From: Nemertoderma westbladi
Taxonomy: Eukaryota > Animalia > Xenacoelomorpha
Assembly: GCA_032718475.1 (NCBI GenBank)
Contig: JAUCBJ010002627.1
Coordinates: 1-37,776, forward strand
DNA: 37,776 nucleotides
Direction of reading: 5' to 3'
Shown: in pieces, positions 21,332 through 31,883 of the stretch
Layout of the letters: the number at the start of each line of letters is the position of its first letter
How positions within the stretch are numbered: position 1 is the first letter of the stretch
Notes under the pieces: model-generated
The model's input: the letters and a program-made list of their open reading frames with translations, nothing else
What the model was told of the DNA's origin: nothing
Databases searched by the model: none
Program-made: the position numbers and the translations under genes

Positions 21332-23668
21332 CATGGCAGTGTCGCCTCTGCTATCGTGCTCATCACCAGCACTAGACAATCCCATGGGGTTTCTGAGAAA
21401 TTGTTCTCTGCCCCATGGTGTGATGAAAGTAGTCATATCTCGTGCACTATCAGTAAGCGGAACTTGCCAATACCCATGTCGTGAATCCATTGTAGTAAAA
21501 ATAGTCATACCATTAGGAATTTTGGCTACTTCATTTTTGGGTACTTTCGATGGGTGCACTGGCCTTTTTACATACTTATTCAAAGCTGTGAAATCTACTG
21601 TTATTCTTGGCTCTGATGAGTTCTTTTTAGGTGTTACCACCATTGGATGTATCCAATTGGTGACCTCTGTTATTGGTACCTTCCTCGTGATGCCGTTTCT
21701 CCTCATCTTTTCCAGCGTTTCTTTCACCTTATCCTCCCAATGGATGGGAACGTTATATGGTTTAAATTTTTTTACTGGAATTGCCCCATCTTCTAATATA
21801 ATATCCATAGGCGGCCCACTCATGGGTCTCAGTGGACCTTCATCCGCGAAAACGTCTGGGAAATCATGTATGAGTGCTTCCTTCATAGCAGTAACATTTC
21901 GTTTCATTGCATCATCTTTACTGTTATTATTGGAATCTGACTCCGTGGTTGTCTTGACATTATTGCCTGACGCCATAGGTATCAATGACAACGAAGACAC
22001 ACTTGCTTTACAACTGCCATCACATCTGGCTTGTGGCCATCCTTGAGGTATGAGGCCTAGAATAACGCACCCTTCATAACTTAATATTGGATTATTTGTA
22101 TAATCCAGCACATGTGCCTTGCATTGGTATTCTTTCTCACCAAGTCTCAGTGTAAGCTTAACCTTTCCATGAGACTCTAACGGCTTTGCATCTGGGCCGA
22201 TAAGCATATCGCTATCGGGAATCATCATAAGCCCCCCAGCATCATTATTTCCCAATTCGGCGAGATCTTGAAGGCTGATAGCATTGCGTTTTGCTCCTGT
22301 GTCTGCTAACCATTGTCTGCTACCACTGCGTCTGCTATTTTCGGTATTGGTTGTGTATAGTGTGATGAGCTTAGTCTCATTATTATCGTAAACAGTAGAT
22401 ATTTCGATGCTTTTAACGTCAATACTGTTAACCGGTTGCCTACCGGCCGGTTTTTTATTGACACGACACATCTTTATAAGATGGCCCCTTTTGCCGCAGT
22501 TAAAACAATCAACATTTTTTGCGAAACATTTATCTTTACTATGTGGACGTCCGCAATTCTGACATGAAATGCCAGGAGAGTCCCTTACTATCTGCTGCAT
22601 TTGTGATTTGTATGCCGATCTTTTGACTGCACATAACAATTCCCCATTCACTTTTTCGGTATCTGAAATAGACATAGAAGCTACTGGATTATATAACACG
22701 CCTGGCTTCTCTAGCGCCATATCTACAGACTGACTAGCCTCGAGTGCTCTGGTTGTCGCGAGAACATCTGCCATTGTTAGACAGTTCATTGGTGTCTTGA
22801 GCACCTCTTGGCGAAGTTTAGACTCTCTTAGGCCTGCCATGAATTGTGTTAATAGGCGATCATGTCGATGTATGTCAGCTTTATCACATATTTCTTTTAC
22901 ATCGCACGCCCTATCTAGAGCTTGAAGCGCCATGTAAAACTGTGTTATGTTTTCACCTGGCTGTTGCTTTCTCTGCACGAAAGCAACTCTATCTAATAAC
23001 TCATGTCGTTCACCACGTAGATAATTACGCATGCATTTCAGGATATAATTGGTGTCGTCACGTGGCCCTATCACAATTATACCTTCAGCCCATAGCTTTG
23101 TCCACTCAGGGTCCAAAGCCGACCTTAAGACTCCCCTCCGGGCGTCTATGTCTGCATCATTTAACCTGGTGCCTGCGGCGAAGTCATGCCATCGCTGTTG
23201 CCAGTCCTCGAAATCGGTCAATGTGAGACCTGCTGGTGATCTTAGGACAGGGGTGTCCATCTGGCGGGGTCTTGGCTTACCCATTACTTGTGCGGCACTC
23301 GTCATTGGTAGGCGAGCCTTTAGCTCTTCCCGCTTGTTACCGATGTACTTCTGGAAGTATATTGTTAGTTTTTGTAAGTTTGTTACATACCTTTCAGTGG
23401 CGTCATCCTCTTGTTCATCAAGACCGACGATTTCGTCATGACATGCGGCATACCTTTCAACAGCCTTCAAGAAAAGGTTAAGTGCAGTATCTAGCGCTTC
23501 CACTTCAACATTTCCTTGTCTGTCGTGGTCTAAGTCTTCAAAGGCAGTAATCTCAGACCGTAATACAGCTTCTGTTCGTGTACAGTTACTTTTGTACCCT
23601 CTTCTACTGGCCTTTAACCTTCTCAGCTCATCTTCTGTGCCGTCAGTTGACATGATTACTAATGCCAC
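21332..23668 (-). CDS. Gypsy-A gag, protease and RT N-terminal part
   Basis: Paired knuckles CQNCGRPH..C and CFNCGKRGH..C, LADTGA protease, RITVDFTALN, DSRHGYWQV, TFITPWG; joins 18465 in frame to give ~1547 aa. Confidence 0.92.
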
Positions 23669-23760
23669 ATAAGTAACACAGATTTATTTTAACATTTCAA
23701 ACTTACATTAATAATGAAAATTATTGAAAAATTCAAACTTATATAAAATTGCTTAAACAC

Positions 23761-23770
23761 AACTGCGCCA
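23761..23770 (-). promoter_or_regulatory. Gypsy-A primer-binding site TGGCGCAGTT (tRNA-Ser-type 3' end)
   Basis: TGG-initiated sequence directly after the LTR end ..ATACCA. Confidence 0.75.
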
Positions 23771-23990
23771 TGGTATAAAATGAGTTTAATAATGTGGTAT
23801 TATATAATAATAATATAATGTATAAAATATAAACGCAATGTCAATGAATCTAAGGTACACATTGCATAATATACATGGATGTAATAGCCCTCCACCATCT
23901 GCTTAATCCCACTATGCAAACAATGAATACATACATTGTGATGGGGTGCTTTACACTAATATTGATGCGGCATTATTGCATACTACACCA
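23771..23990 (-). repeat. 5' LTR of Gypsy-A (~220 bp)
   Basis: Near-inverted termini TGGTGTA...TATACCA; PBS adjacent; BEL-1 gag frame ends at 23991; outer boundary inferred because no partner LTR is present. Confidence 0.65.
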
Positions 23991-24960
23991 CCCTGGATAT
24001 ATGTTATGTCCTTGCATGCTGTAGTCATACTGCTGTGCTGGTACCGGTATAGGCCTATCCACTTCTGGCCTACCTACCGGTATGTACTCCGCGACTTCCG
24101 GGTTTAATCCCGTCGTCCGCGCTACCCTATCGCCTACATTATCTCTCCCAGCATGGCCTATAGTACGTGCAGTAAGGCCCACAGTATGTCCTGCAGTCTG
24201 TGTGTCGCTCGGGATCGAAGTTTAATCTTCTCGAATAATCCTCCCCGTGGCTACCGTATTCTCGATCGGTAGGTAGATCCCGTCGGGAAGTTTCTCTTCG
24301 ACCCCCTCTACTGTTCTCGTCCTCGTACCGGTACACCCCGTACCCTCCTCTCGGTGTATAGTACACCTCGTCAGGTCGCGTTTCTCCAGGACGACGGCAA
24401 TCTCCCGGAATTCGACCCCATCGACTCTCGAACTCCATCTCTACTACCGACGGCTCGCTATCCGTCCTCGCTCTCCTGTTGTTCGCAATGACACTTCTTC
24501 TACTCTCTTCTCTTCTTCTTTCTCCAGTGTAGCGTCCCCGTTTGCGAGATCTCTCGTCGACCTCTCGGTTAAACTCCACTGTCCTTCTTCCCTCTTCTGA
24601 CTGGGCTCGACGTCTCGTCGCTCGCCCTCTCGCGACGTCAACCTCTCTCTCTCTGCCCGGACGCATGCCGCTGGGGATACTCGCAATCCCCCTACTACTC
24701 TCCATCGCCGGGTGCTGCAGTTCACCTAATTCGCCCCGCGCATTATCCGCCGACGCCTGTGGGGCACTCTCTGCCCCCCCCCCCCCCCCTCTCGCCGCTA
24801 AACCCTCGTTATGGGGCTCCTGTAGCCCCCCCCCCCCCCCCCCCCCCCACTCGCCACCTATCACTTCACTGCCTCTTACTTCACTTCTACACCCCTCTCT
24901 AGTCGACACACTAACCCCACAGCGGCTGGGTCCATTCACCCCCGCCTCTCCCTCCACTAC

Positions 24961-25343
24961 TGTGTGGCCTACCAGGCCCCCCTCGGGTTGACTTAACCCC
25001 GTCACTTCCTGCCTACTAACTACGTGGCCTACCAGGCCCTCATTGGGGTTTCTCACCCCCGCCACCTCCTGCCTACTAACTACGTGGCCTACCAGGCCCT
25101 CATTGGGGTTTCTCACCCCCACCACCTCCTGCCTACTAACTACGTGGCCTACCAGGCCCTCATTGGGGTTTCTCACCCCCGCCACCTCCTGCCTACTAAC
25201 TACGTGGCCTACCAGGCCCTCATTGGGGTTTCTCACCCCCGCTGCTCTCTGCCTACTAACTACGTGGCCTACCAGGCCCTCATTGGGGTTTCTCACCCCC
25301 GCTGCTCTCTGCCTACTAACAATGTGGCCTACCAGGCTCTCAT
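24961..25343 (-). repeat. 60-bp in-frame tandem repeat, about 6.4 copies (GVRNPNEGLVGHVVSRQEVA)
   Basis: Near-identical consecutive 60-mers. Confidence 0.95.
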
Positions 25344-26039
25344 TTGCCGGGCCACCTGCGTCCGCTACGTTTATATTAATAGCACCATTATTAACATTGT
25401 CTTCTAAATCAATTAAATTATTTTGTACGTCCGAATTAGAAACGGGATTATTTTGGTCGTTTGAATTAAGATTGTTATTTGAATTATTTTGCGTATTCGG
25501 GTTTAGATTATTATCTAAATTATTTGGATTATCTTGTAAATTCGAATCTACATTATTTGAATTATTTCTTACATTTATATTAAAATCGTTCAGGTTTAAA
25601 TTACTACTATCGGGCAAAATATTATTTCCTGCAATGGAAGTTTGGTTAGAATTATCCACTACGGTACTATTAATATTAACGTTCTCTACTGTATTATAAT
25701 TATTAACCCCCCCCCCCCCCCCCCCCCCCCGCCCGCCCATACGGCGGGCACACCAGTCCCGGGTCTGTCGTCCGGTCCCTGCAAGTGGGGTATTAATAAA
25801 TGTTTCCATAACTTCTGGCTCCTCGTAAACGCTACCCGAGCCAGCCTCGCTCTCTGACAATCCCATCTGTGCCAGTTCCAGTTGGCGCTTCTGTTTGGCC
25901 TGATATTGCATAAGCCCGCTTAGCCGGGCATGCATATCATCCCACACACGTTTTCCCTCTCTCTCCCTCTCTCTATCCTCTCGTGAACTCTGATCGGCTA
26001 ACTCTGCCTCTCTCGTAATCCTCTCAAGCCGTCTCGCCC

Positions 26040-26214
26040 CACGCTCTTTTCGCTCACTCTCTTCTCTCACCTCCCTCGCCGCCTCGCGCTCTTTATGTTC
26101 ACTCTGCTCTCTCGCCTCACGCTCTTTACGTTCACTCTGTTCTCTTGCCTCACGCTCTTCTCGCCCACTCTGTTCTCTTGCCTCACGCTCTTCTCGCCCA
26201 CTCTGTTCTCTTGC
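26040..26214 (-). repeat. 33-bp in-frame tandem repeat (AREQSGREERE), cut by the BEL-2 insertion
   Basis: Repeated CACTCTGTTCTCTTGCCTCACGCTCTT units. Confidence 0.85.
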
Positions 26215-26869
26215 TGTAAAGGCTTTTGCGGAATTAGCCGGTTATTTTCCCCGTAAAGTACTCTGTAGTTGGTTTAACAGGCATAAAAGGCCGTGTCCTT
26301 ACTGTACTGGTGTTTTAGAGGACATAAAAGTCATTTATTCTGTATGTGTACTTTAGCGGACATAATTCGCAATTTTATGACGCAATGCGCCAAACCCTCT
26401 GTAAACAGTGTAGCTACCATGACGACGGCTAACAGCTGATGCTGTACACGTGTAGCTTTTCTTTGTTCTCTGTTCCTTCTTTGTTCGGTTGACCAATCAG
26501 AGCGTTTTTTGCCTCTGTGTTGGAGATTGTATATAGAAACTCGTGGAGTTGAGTCAGTATGTGATTTTGTCCACAGCCTAAGAACACCGGCTTTGGAACC
26601 TCCGTGTTTCAGTCTTTAGCTCAACATTAGTAGGCTTAATTATAGAACGTATATCTGTTATCATATCAATCCTCACTTAACTAATCATACCAACCAAAAC
26701 GATCATATCAATTTATACCTTAACATTTTACTGCTTTTACTGTCGATTATTCATTATATTTGTTGATGGAATATTATATTTGGAATACTGATAAATAATC
26801 AGACACCCCAATCTTCTTGATATACTAAAGGTTAGAGAGACCGGATACATATAACGATTGCGACTTACA
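26215..26869 (+). repeat. Putative 5' LTR of BEL-2 (655 bp)
   Basis: Abrupt break of BEL-1 repeat, TGTAA...TTACA termini, CCAAT (~26493) and TATA (~26530), followed by TTAAG-TGGT PBS-like sequence. Confidence 0.7.
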
Positions 26870-27740
26870 TTAAGTGGTTTGAAGTGAATCTAATGCTATT
26901 TTATAGGCCCTACACGTATTGTCTGTTGTTCTCCTTATATGTGACTAAAATTAGTGAAGGTCGGCAGATTAGTGTGCAGCATTGTGCAGTATTGTGTATG
27001 ATTGTGATTGATAACAAAGCATCTCCTAAAGAATGCGCCATATACGTGAATCTATAGCCATCCCGTTGTGTCTAGTTTAAGTCATAACTCTGTTTATATA
27101 TTTAAAGCGCCACGTCCTAAAGGAACTGTTAATATTTCCCGAAAGTGAATAATATTTGTCAGAGATTATATATATTACGATCAGTCGAATAATACAGTAG
27201 GCCTACCCTGCAATATGGTTAGGCTTCCGAATCCAGTCTCCCGGGTATATCCAGCGGGTGAATGATCGCGCATAGACTGGCTTCGGCTAATGTAGTGTAT
27301 CAAATACTTGTCATAGGCTAAAGACGATCTATTATCTAGAAGACATCCCAATTTGGCAGGTTAAACTGCTAAAGGTCTGAAAGCGCGAACAATAACAGAT
27401 ATAAAGTTCGGATTGCGGTGTAGGCAATAAATACAGTTTAATATTGTTCTGGTAAGAACAATAACAGATATAGCTTCTGTATTGCAGTAGGCAATAAAGC
27501 TGAAGTACCGGACAACCGGTACCTAGTAGGCCTGACTACCTAACCGCCCGGACCGGTACCTACAGCAGTACAGGTACAGCAGTATTATTCGAATTTGATA
27601 ATTATATACCGGTAGGCCTTAATAATTAATCAGGGACGGCCGCCCTGGTTTTTTATTGAGATTTTACTTGTTTCTGTCAGGTTTTATTTATTTGTAGGTT
27701 AATATTGAGCAGAAGGCGTGTAAGCCTGCTCAGATTGTAC

Positions 27741-28323
27741 AGATAATTTGTAGGCTGGACTGTTGTCTGACTGTTGTTAAGTCTGAAGAGATTGTAGTGT
27801 GTGTAGAGCATATGTCCGAAAAAGTACTAGTTAGGAAAGTAGGGGCTGCCAGTGCTGTGAGGTGAACCCCCTCGAAAGAATAAGTCGTACTACTCGGTTA
27901 GAACGCATACTAACTAACCATTTCGGAGTCTGCATATACTGTAGTTTATTTAGGCTTGATAGTAGTCTGCCAGCGTTTGGTCTGTACTTTGTTTGTGTAG
28001 TTTGTACGGGTAGCGTAATATTTCTTATTTAGATAATTTGTAGGCTGGATTGTTGTCTGGCTGTTGTTAGGTCTTGAGAGATTTCGGTGTGTGTAGAGTG
28101 TATGTCCGATAAAGTGCCAGTTGGGAACGTAGGGTCTTCCAGAGCTGTGAGGTAAACCCCCTCGAAAGAATAAGTCGTACTACTGGGTTAGAACGCATAC
28201 TAACTAACCATTTCGGAGTCTGCATATACCGTAGTTTGTTTGGGCTTGATAGTAGTCTGTCAGTATTTGGTCTGCATTTTGTTTGAGTAGTCTGTACGCG
28301 TAGCGTAATATTTATTATTCAGA
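27741..28323. repeat. 290-bp tandem duplication in the BEL-2 leader
   Basis: Units start at 27741 and 28031 (AGATAATTTGTAGGCTGGA..). Confidence 0.92.
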
Positions 28324-29263
28324 GTTTATGCGATTATTCGCAACCTTCATATCCCCAAGTTTATTCCTACAGTAATTGTGCTTGTTATATATACCGTTAT
28401 AGTTAAACTAACCCCGGTACTACATCAGGGCTGCTTGGCGTAGGTAAAGACTGGTGATTTTGTGCCCCGGTCACTCCAGCAGATACCGTGGTTCTTTTAG
28501 CTGTTCAAGTATTTTTAACTACTGATTATTTGTTGTATAAGTACTTGTACCTAATTTAGGGTTTAGTGTACAATGCTTTCCGAAGGTAATTAGTGTGTAG
28601 GCAGTATATTTGTGTTGTAAAGTGGTTAATAGGCACGTTGGTTCTGGTAGACCGCGGTAATTAACTTCTAGGTAGGAACACTCCGTGATACATAACGTAG
28701 CACTTATAGCGATACGGCTATAAGTCGTCAGACGGTGGTATTTTTCCTATCTGGACAACGCAGTATATTTACTACTACTTATTATTTTCAAATACCGTAG
28801 TACCCTGTTCGATGTAATAACCAGATAATCTAACCCTTTGTTAGGCTGGTTTGTAGACTTCTTGTAAAATTACCCTAAAAATTCGTACTTGTAATTTTTG
28901 TGTTTATTTAGAGATTGTAATCTCACCCGAATTGTACGTAATTTGTAGTATTAAGTAACTTAGGTAAATTAGAATTATTTGTTTTAGTGTCCAACAAGTA
29001 GCACTCCACTGAGAGCGCACCGCTTCTGTGTAGTGACTCCCCCCAGAAATAATAACATTTATTTCAAATATTGACAAAACCCATTTTAACGGGTATATAT
29101 ATATTATAAATCAACTCAAACGATTTATAAATAGTAGACCTGCCATACAACAATTAGGTCTCAATATCAGTTGGACTACTGCTTAAATAACGGTAATAAA
29201 GTAAGTTAAAGTAACCAAGTAACCCTTAAAATTCAGAAATTCAATTATTTAAAATAATTGACA

Positions 29264-29637
29264 TACCGGTATTTACCATAGGCTTATTATATTTATTTCT
29301 ATAAATTTAGGCTGAAATTATACCGGTATTCTGTAATTAATTCTAGTCTGTAATTATACTTATATATATACATTATAAGTGTAAGCTGTATACCGGTATT
29401 CACGATAGGCCTATTATATATTTATAAATTTAGGCTGAAATTATACCGGTATTCTGTAATTAATTCTAGTTAATAATTATACTTATATACACTATAAGTG
29501 TAAGCTGTATACCGGTATTCACGATAGGCCTATTATATATTTATATATACTTGTGCTGAAATTACATACCGGTATTCTGTGACAAATCTAGTCTGTGACA
29601 ATACTTATATATATATACTATAAGCATACTGGTATTC
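29264..29637. repeat. ~120-bp tandem repeat, 3 copies, in the BEL-2 leader
   Basis: Units begin TACCGGTATT..ATAGGC and contain GCTGAAATTA..TACCGGTATTCTGT. Confidence 0.85.
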
Positions 29638-29771
29638 TAATATATTATATATATATTACGCTACACTGAGTAGCAGTATCAGTAATTAATTACTAGGCTA
29701 ACAGTGATACTGAATTACTAGGCTTGCTTAAACTGTAATATAGCAGTAGGCATTCAACTGTACAAACAAAC

Positions 29772-31883
29772 ATGTCTGACACAAAGCAAAACCTGTCAGA
29801 CAGTCTCCTAGATACAACCATATGTGACCCAGACAGGAGTGTGGAACGTGTAGGACCGAAGTTCAACTCACCTCTTACTGTAAGAAAGATCATCCCTCCC
29901 GTAGTAATATCAGACCCTAGGTTAGTCCAACATCGTAGGTCTATCATAGGCACTCGAGCTCAGGTCAAGCGGGACCAAGAAGCAGCAGAACAGCAGCAAC
30001 CCATGAGCCAAGAACTTATTTCTCAGCGGCCCGACAGCTCCAGTAGTGCGGATACTGTAGAGCTGACACCCGAGCACGGCGCAAAGATGACAGATGCGGT
30101 TTATTCGGACCCCCTTCTCATCCTTCCTGCAGCCGTACTCACTAGGTTATTGATTGCGGTGGAAGAACACCAGATCGATTGGGCGAGAAACAAGCGATTG
30201 ACTAGAGATAGTTATGCGGGATACACAAGGGAAGAACTGAAGTCTATTGTCGAGTCGCAATGGAACTTCCCCGGACCCGGACTCCCGTTTGATTTATCAG
30301 AAGCTGCCTGGGAAGACATACACAGGATGGGAGTAACCAAGGAAACCATCGATCCAGCTGTGTGGAAGAGGTCCGCAGCCGGATACGTACAGGGATTCTT
30401 CAGCTCTATGGAGCGATTAAAGGAACAACTGTTTCAACAACCCCAAGGACCTCAAGAGCAGGAACAGCTGCTTTATCAAGTTAGAGAAAGAATTCTGCGA
30501 ATCAGGCTAATCTTATCGGCCTTTGAGGAGGCTTCTAAAAGAAGACAAGACACGTCGTTGCAAGTTGCCGTAAAGACTTGGTTTCAACGGGTGAGTCTCC
30601 AGGTTCAAGGAACGGCTCAGTGGAAAGTTCAACTGGATGAGCGCTCAACCCATGGAGAATCAACAGACGCTACATTTTCCCAAGTGGAAAGTGAAGCGAC
30701 GGCAGAGAAACCGCATAAGAGGGATGCCATTGACATCTATCTGTCAGACTATCAACGTTTTTTAGGTGATGAAGAGTTGAGGAGAAGGCTAGATGGACTT
30801 AGCCCTAATAGTGAAGGAACCCAGCGTGTGTTGGACGCCATCGATGTGGATATGAGAGCTGCGAACCAAGCTAAATTTGATGAACAACTCCGCATTGCTA
30901 GAGTCCAAGAAGAACAAGTAAAGAAAAAACGTATAGAAGACAGAAAGACAGCGGCAGTGGCAGCAGCAGTGGCAGCGGCAGAAGCGGAAAGAAAAGCGGC
31001 AGCGGCAGCGGCAGCGGCAGAAGTAGAAGCGGAAAGAAAGGCGGTAGAAGTGGAAAGAAAGGCGGCAGTGGCCGAAGCGGAAAGAAAGGCGGCAGTGGCA
31101 GCGGCAGAGGCAGTGGCAGAAGCAGAACGGAGAGCCTCTGAAGAAACCACCCAACTAGAATTGGAAAACATTCAGGAGAATCAAGACTGCATAAATAAAC
31201 AGTTAACAGCTAGTCAAATGCAGATGATGGGTCGATCAACTCCCAAAAGACAGGGATATACATCATCTGAGGAAGGCGATACCACCGATCCTGAAGACGG
31301 AGGAAATAGATCTCGTCTAAGCAGACGTATAAGAATGTCCCACCATCAGAAATTGCTTGATTTGCCCCCAGCTGTTAGAAGGCAACTAAATAACACAAAC
31401 TTAGGTAGTATAGAACCCACAGACCAAATAATTAACATAGAAAGACTCCCTACTATAGTAGATGAGCCTGAAATAATTAGGCCTGTTCTCGAAGCCACCC
31501 CTTCGGCGATAGAGACACCTGTACTCCCTGAACCTACCTCTAAATTCCCTCTGCACAGCACGAAGCTACCTGTGCCCCACAGAACCACCCCTGAAATTGT
31601 TCATGTCCTGGACTCCGAGCGAAATATTCATGACTTGTCGCCCGTTGTCCCTCGTCCGCCTGCTACAACGTTGGCGCCTCCCGCTTCGGCGGTCGAGTGG
31701 GTAGATGAGGGACGACGGGAGATGGGTCTCCTGCTCGGACAGCTGAGGGAACAACATTCTCGCTCCTCTCAGCAGGCCCAGGAGATGGAGGGAACTGTGC
31801 AGCAGTTAAAGGGAACAATTAGAGAGAGTAGGTTAGAGTTGCAAGAAGTGCAGCAAAGTATCGCGTTAGAACGCGATAAATGA
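29772..31883 (+). CDS. BEL-2 gag N-terminal extension (703 aa) with Ala/Glu coiled-coil repeats
   Basis: Same frame as 31923..34460, separated by one TGA and 13 open codons. Confidence 0.8.
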   Translation: MSDTKQNLSDSLLDTTICDPDRSVERVGPKFNSPLTVRKIIPPVVISDPRLVQHRRSIIGTRAQVKRDQEAAEQQQPMSQELISQRPDSSSSADTVELTPEHGAKMTDAVYSDPLLILPAAVLTRLLIAVEEHQIDWARNKRLTRDSYAGYTREELKSIVESQWNFPGPGLPFDLSEAAWEDIHRMGVTKETIDPAVWKRSAAGYVQGFFSSMERLKEQLFQQPQGPQEQEQLLYQVRERILRIRLILSAFEEASKRRQDTSLQVAVKTWFQRVSLQVQGTAQWKVQLDERSTHGESTDATFSQVESEATAEKPHKRDAIDIYLSDYQRFLGDEELRRRLDGLSPNSEGTQRVLDAIDVDMRAANQAKFDEQLRIARVQEEQVKKKRIEDRKTAAVAAAVAAAEAERKAAAAAAAAEVEAERKAVEVERKAAVAEAERKAAVAAAEAVAEAERRASEETTQLELENIQENQDCINKQLTASQMQMMGRSTPKRQGYTSSEEGDTTDPEDGGNRSRLSRRIRMSHHQKLLDLPPAVRRQLNNTNLGSIEPTDQIINIERLPTIVDEPEIIRPVLEATPSAIETPVLPEPTSKFPLHSTKLPVPHRTTPEIVHVLDSERNIHDLSPVVPRPPATTLAPPASAVEWVDEGRREMGLLLGQLREQHSRSSQQAQEMEGTVQQLKGTIRESRLELQEVQQSIALERDK

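Larger units (their letters stand above)
16107..23990 (-). mobile_element. Gypsy-A: Ty3/Gypsy (Mag-like) LTR retrotransposon inserted in BEL-1 gag; 3' LTR missing
   Basis: Single gag-PR-RT-RH-IN frame, 5' LTR and PBS, PPT-like AGGGGAA at 16110-16116. Confidence 0.85.
8119..26214 (-). mobile_element. BEL-1: Bel/Pao LTR retrotransposon, decayed, interrupted by Gypsy-A/B and BEL-2; 5' end outside the window
   Basis: gag-PR-RT-RH-IN order with Bel/Pao motifs, 3' LTR and PPT. Confidence 0.9.
23991..26214 (-). pseudogene. BEL-1 gag N-terminal low-complexity extension
   Basis: Same strand as BEL-1; E/R-rich coiled coil, Asn-rich tract, tandem repeats; frameshift near 24180; plausibly rejoins 16106. 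Confidence 0.75.

Noticed and set aside
23951-23955. Alternative Gypsy-A LTR boundary at TTACA
   Set aside because: 23990 gives better inverted termini and coincides with the end of the BEL-1 gag frame
11170-25857. Many antisense ORFs overlapping gag/pol genes
   Set aside because: Shadow frames of long ORFs and repeats with no recognisable motifs
27631-27654. Hairpin plus T-run resembling a bacterial intrinsic terminator
   Set aside because: Eukaryotic retroelement leader; no prokaryotic context
27854-27880. Hammerhead-like CTGTGAG..CTCGAAA in both 290-bp units
   Set aside because: Core lacks the CUGANGA spacing and stem II would have to use core bases
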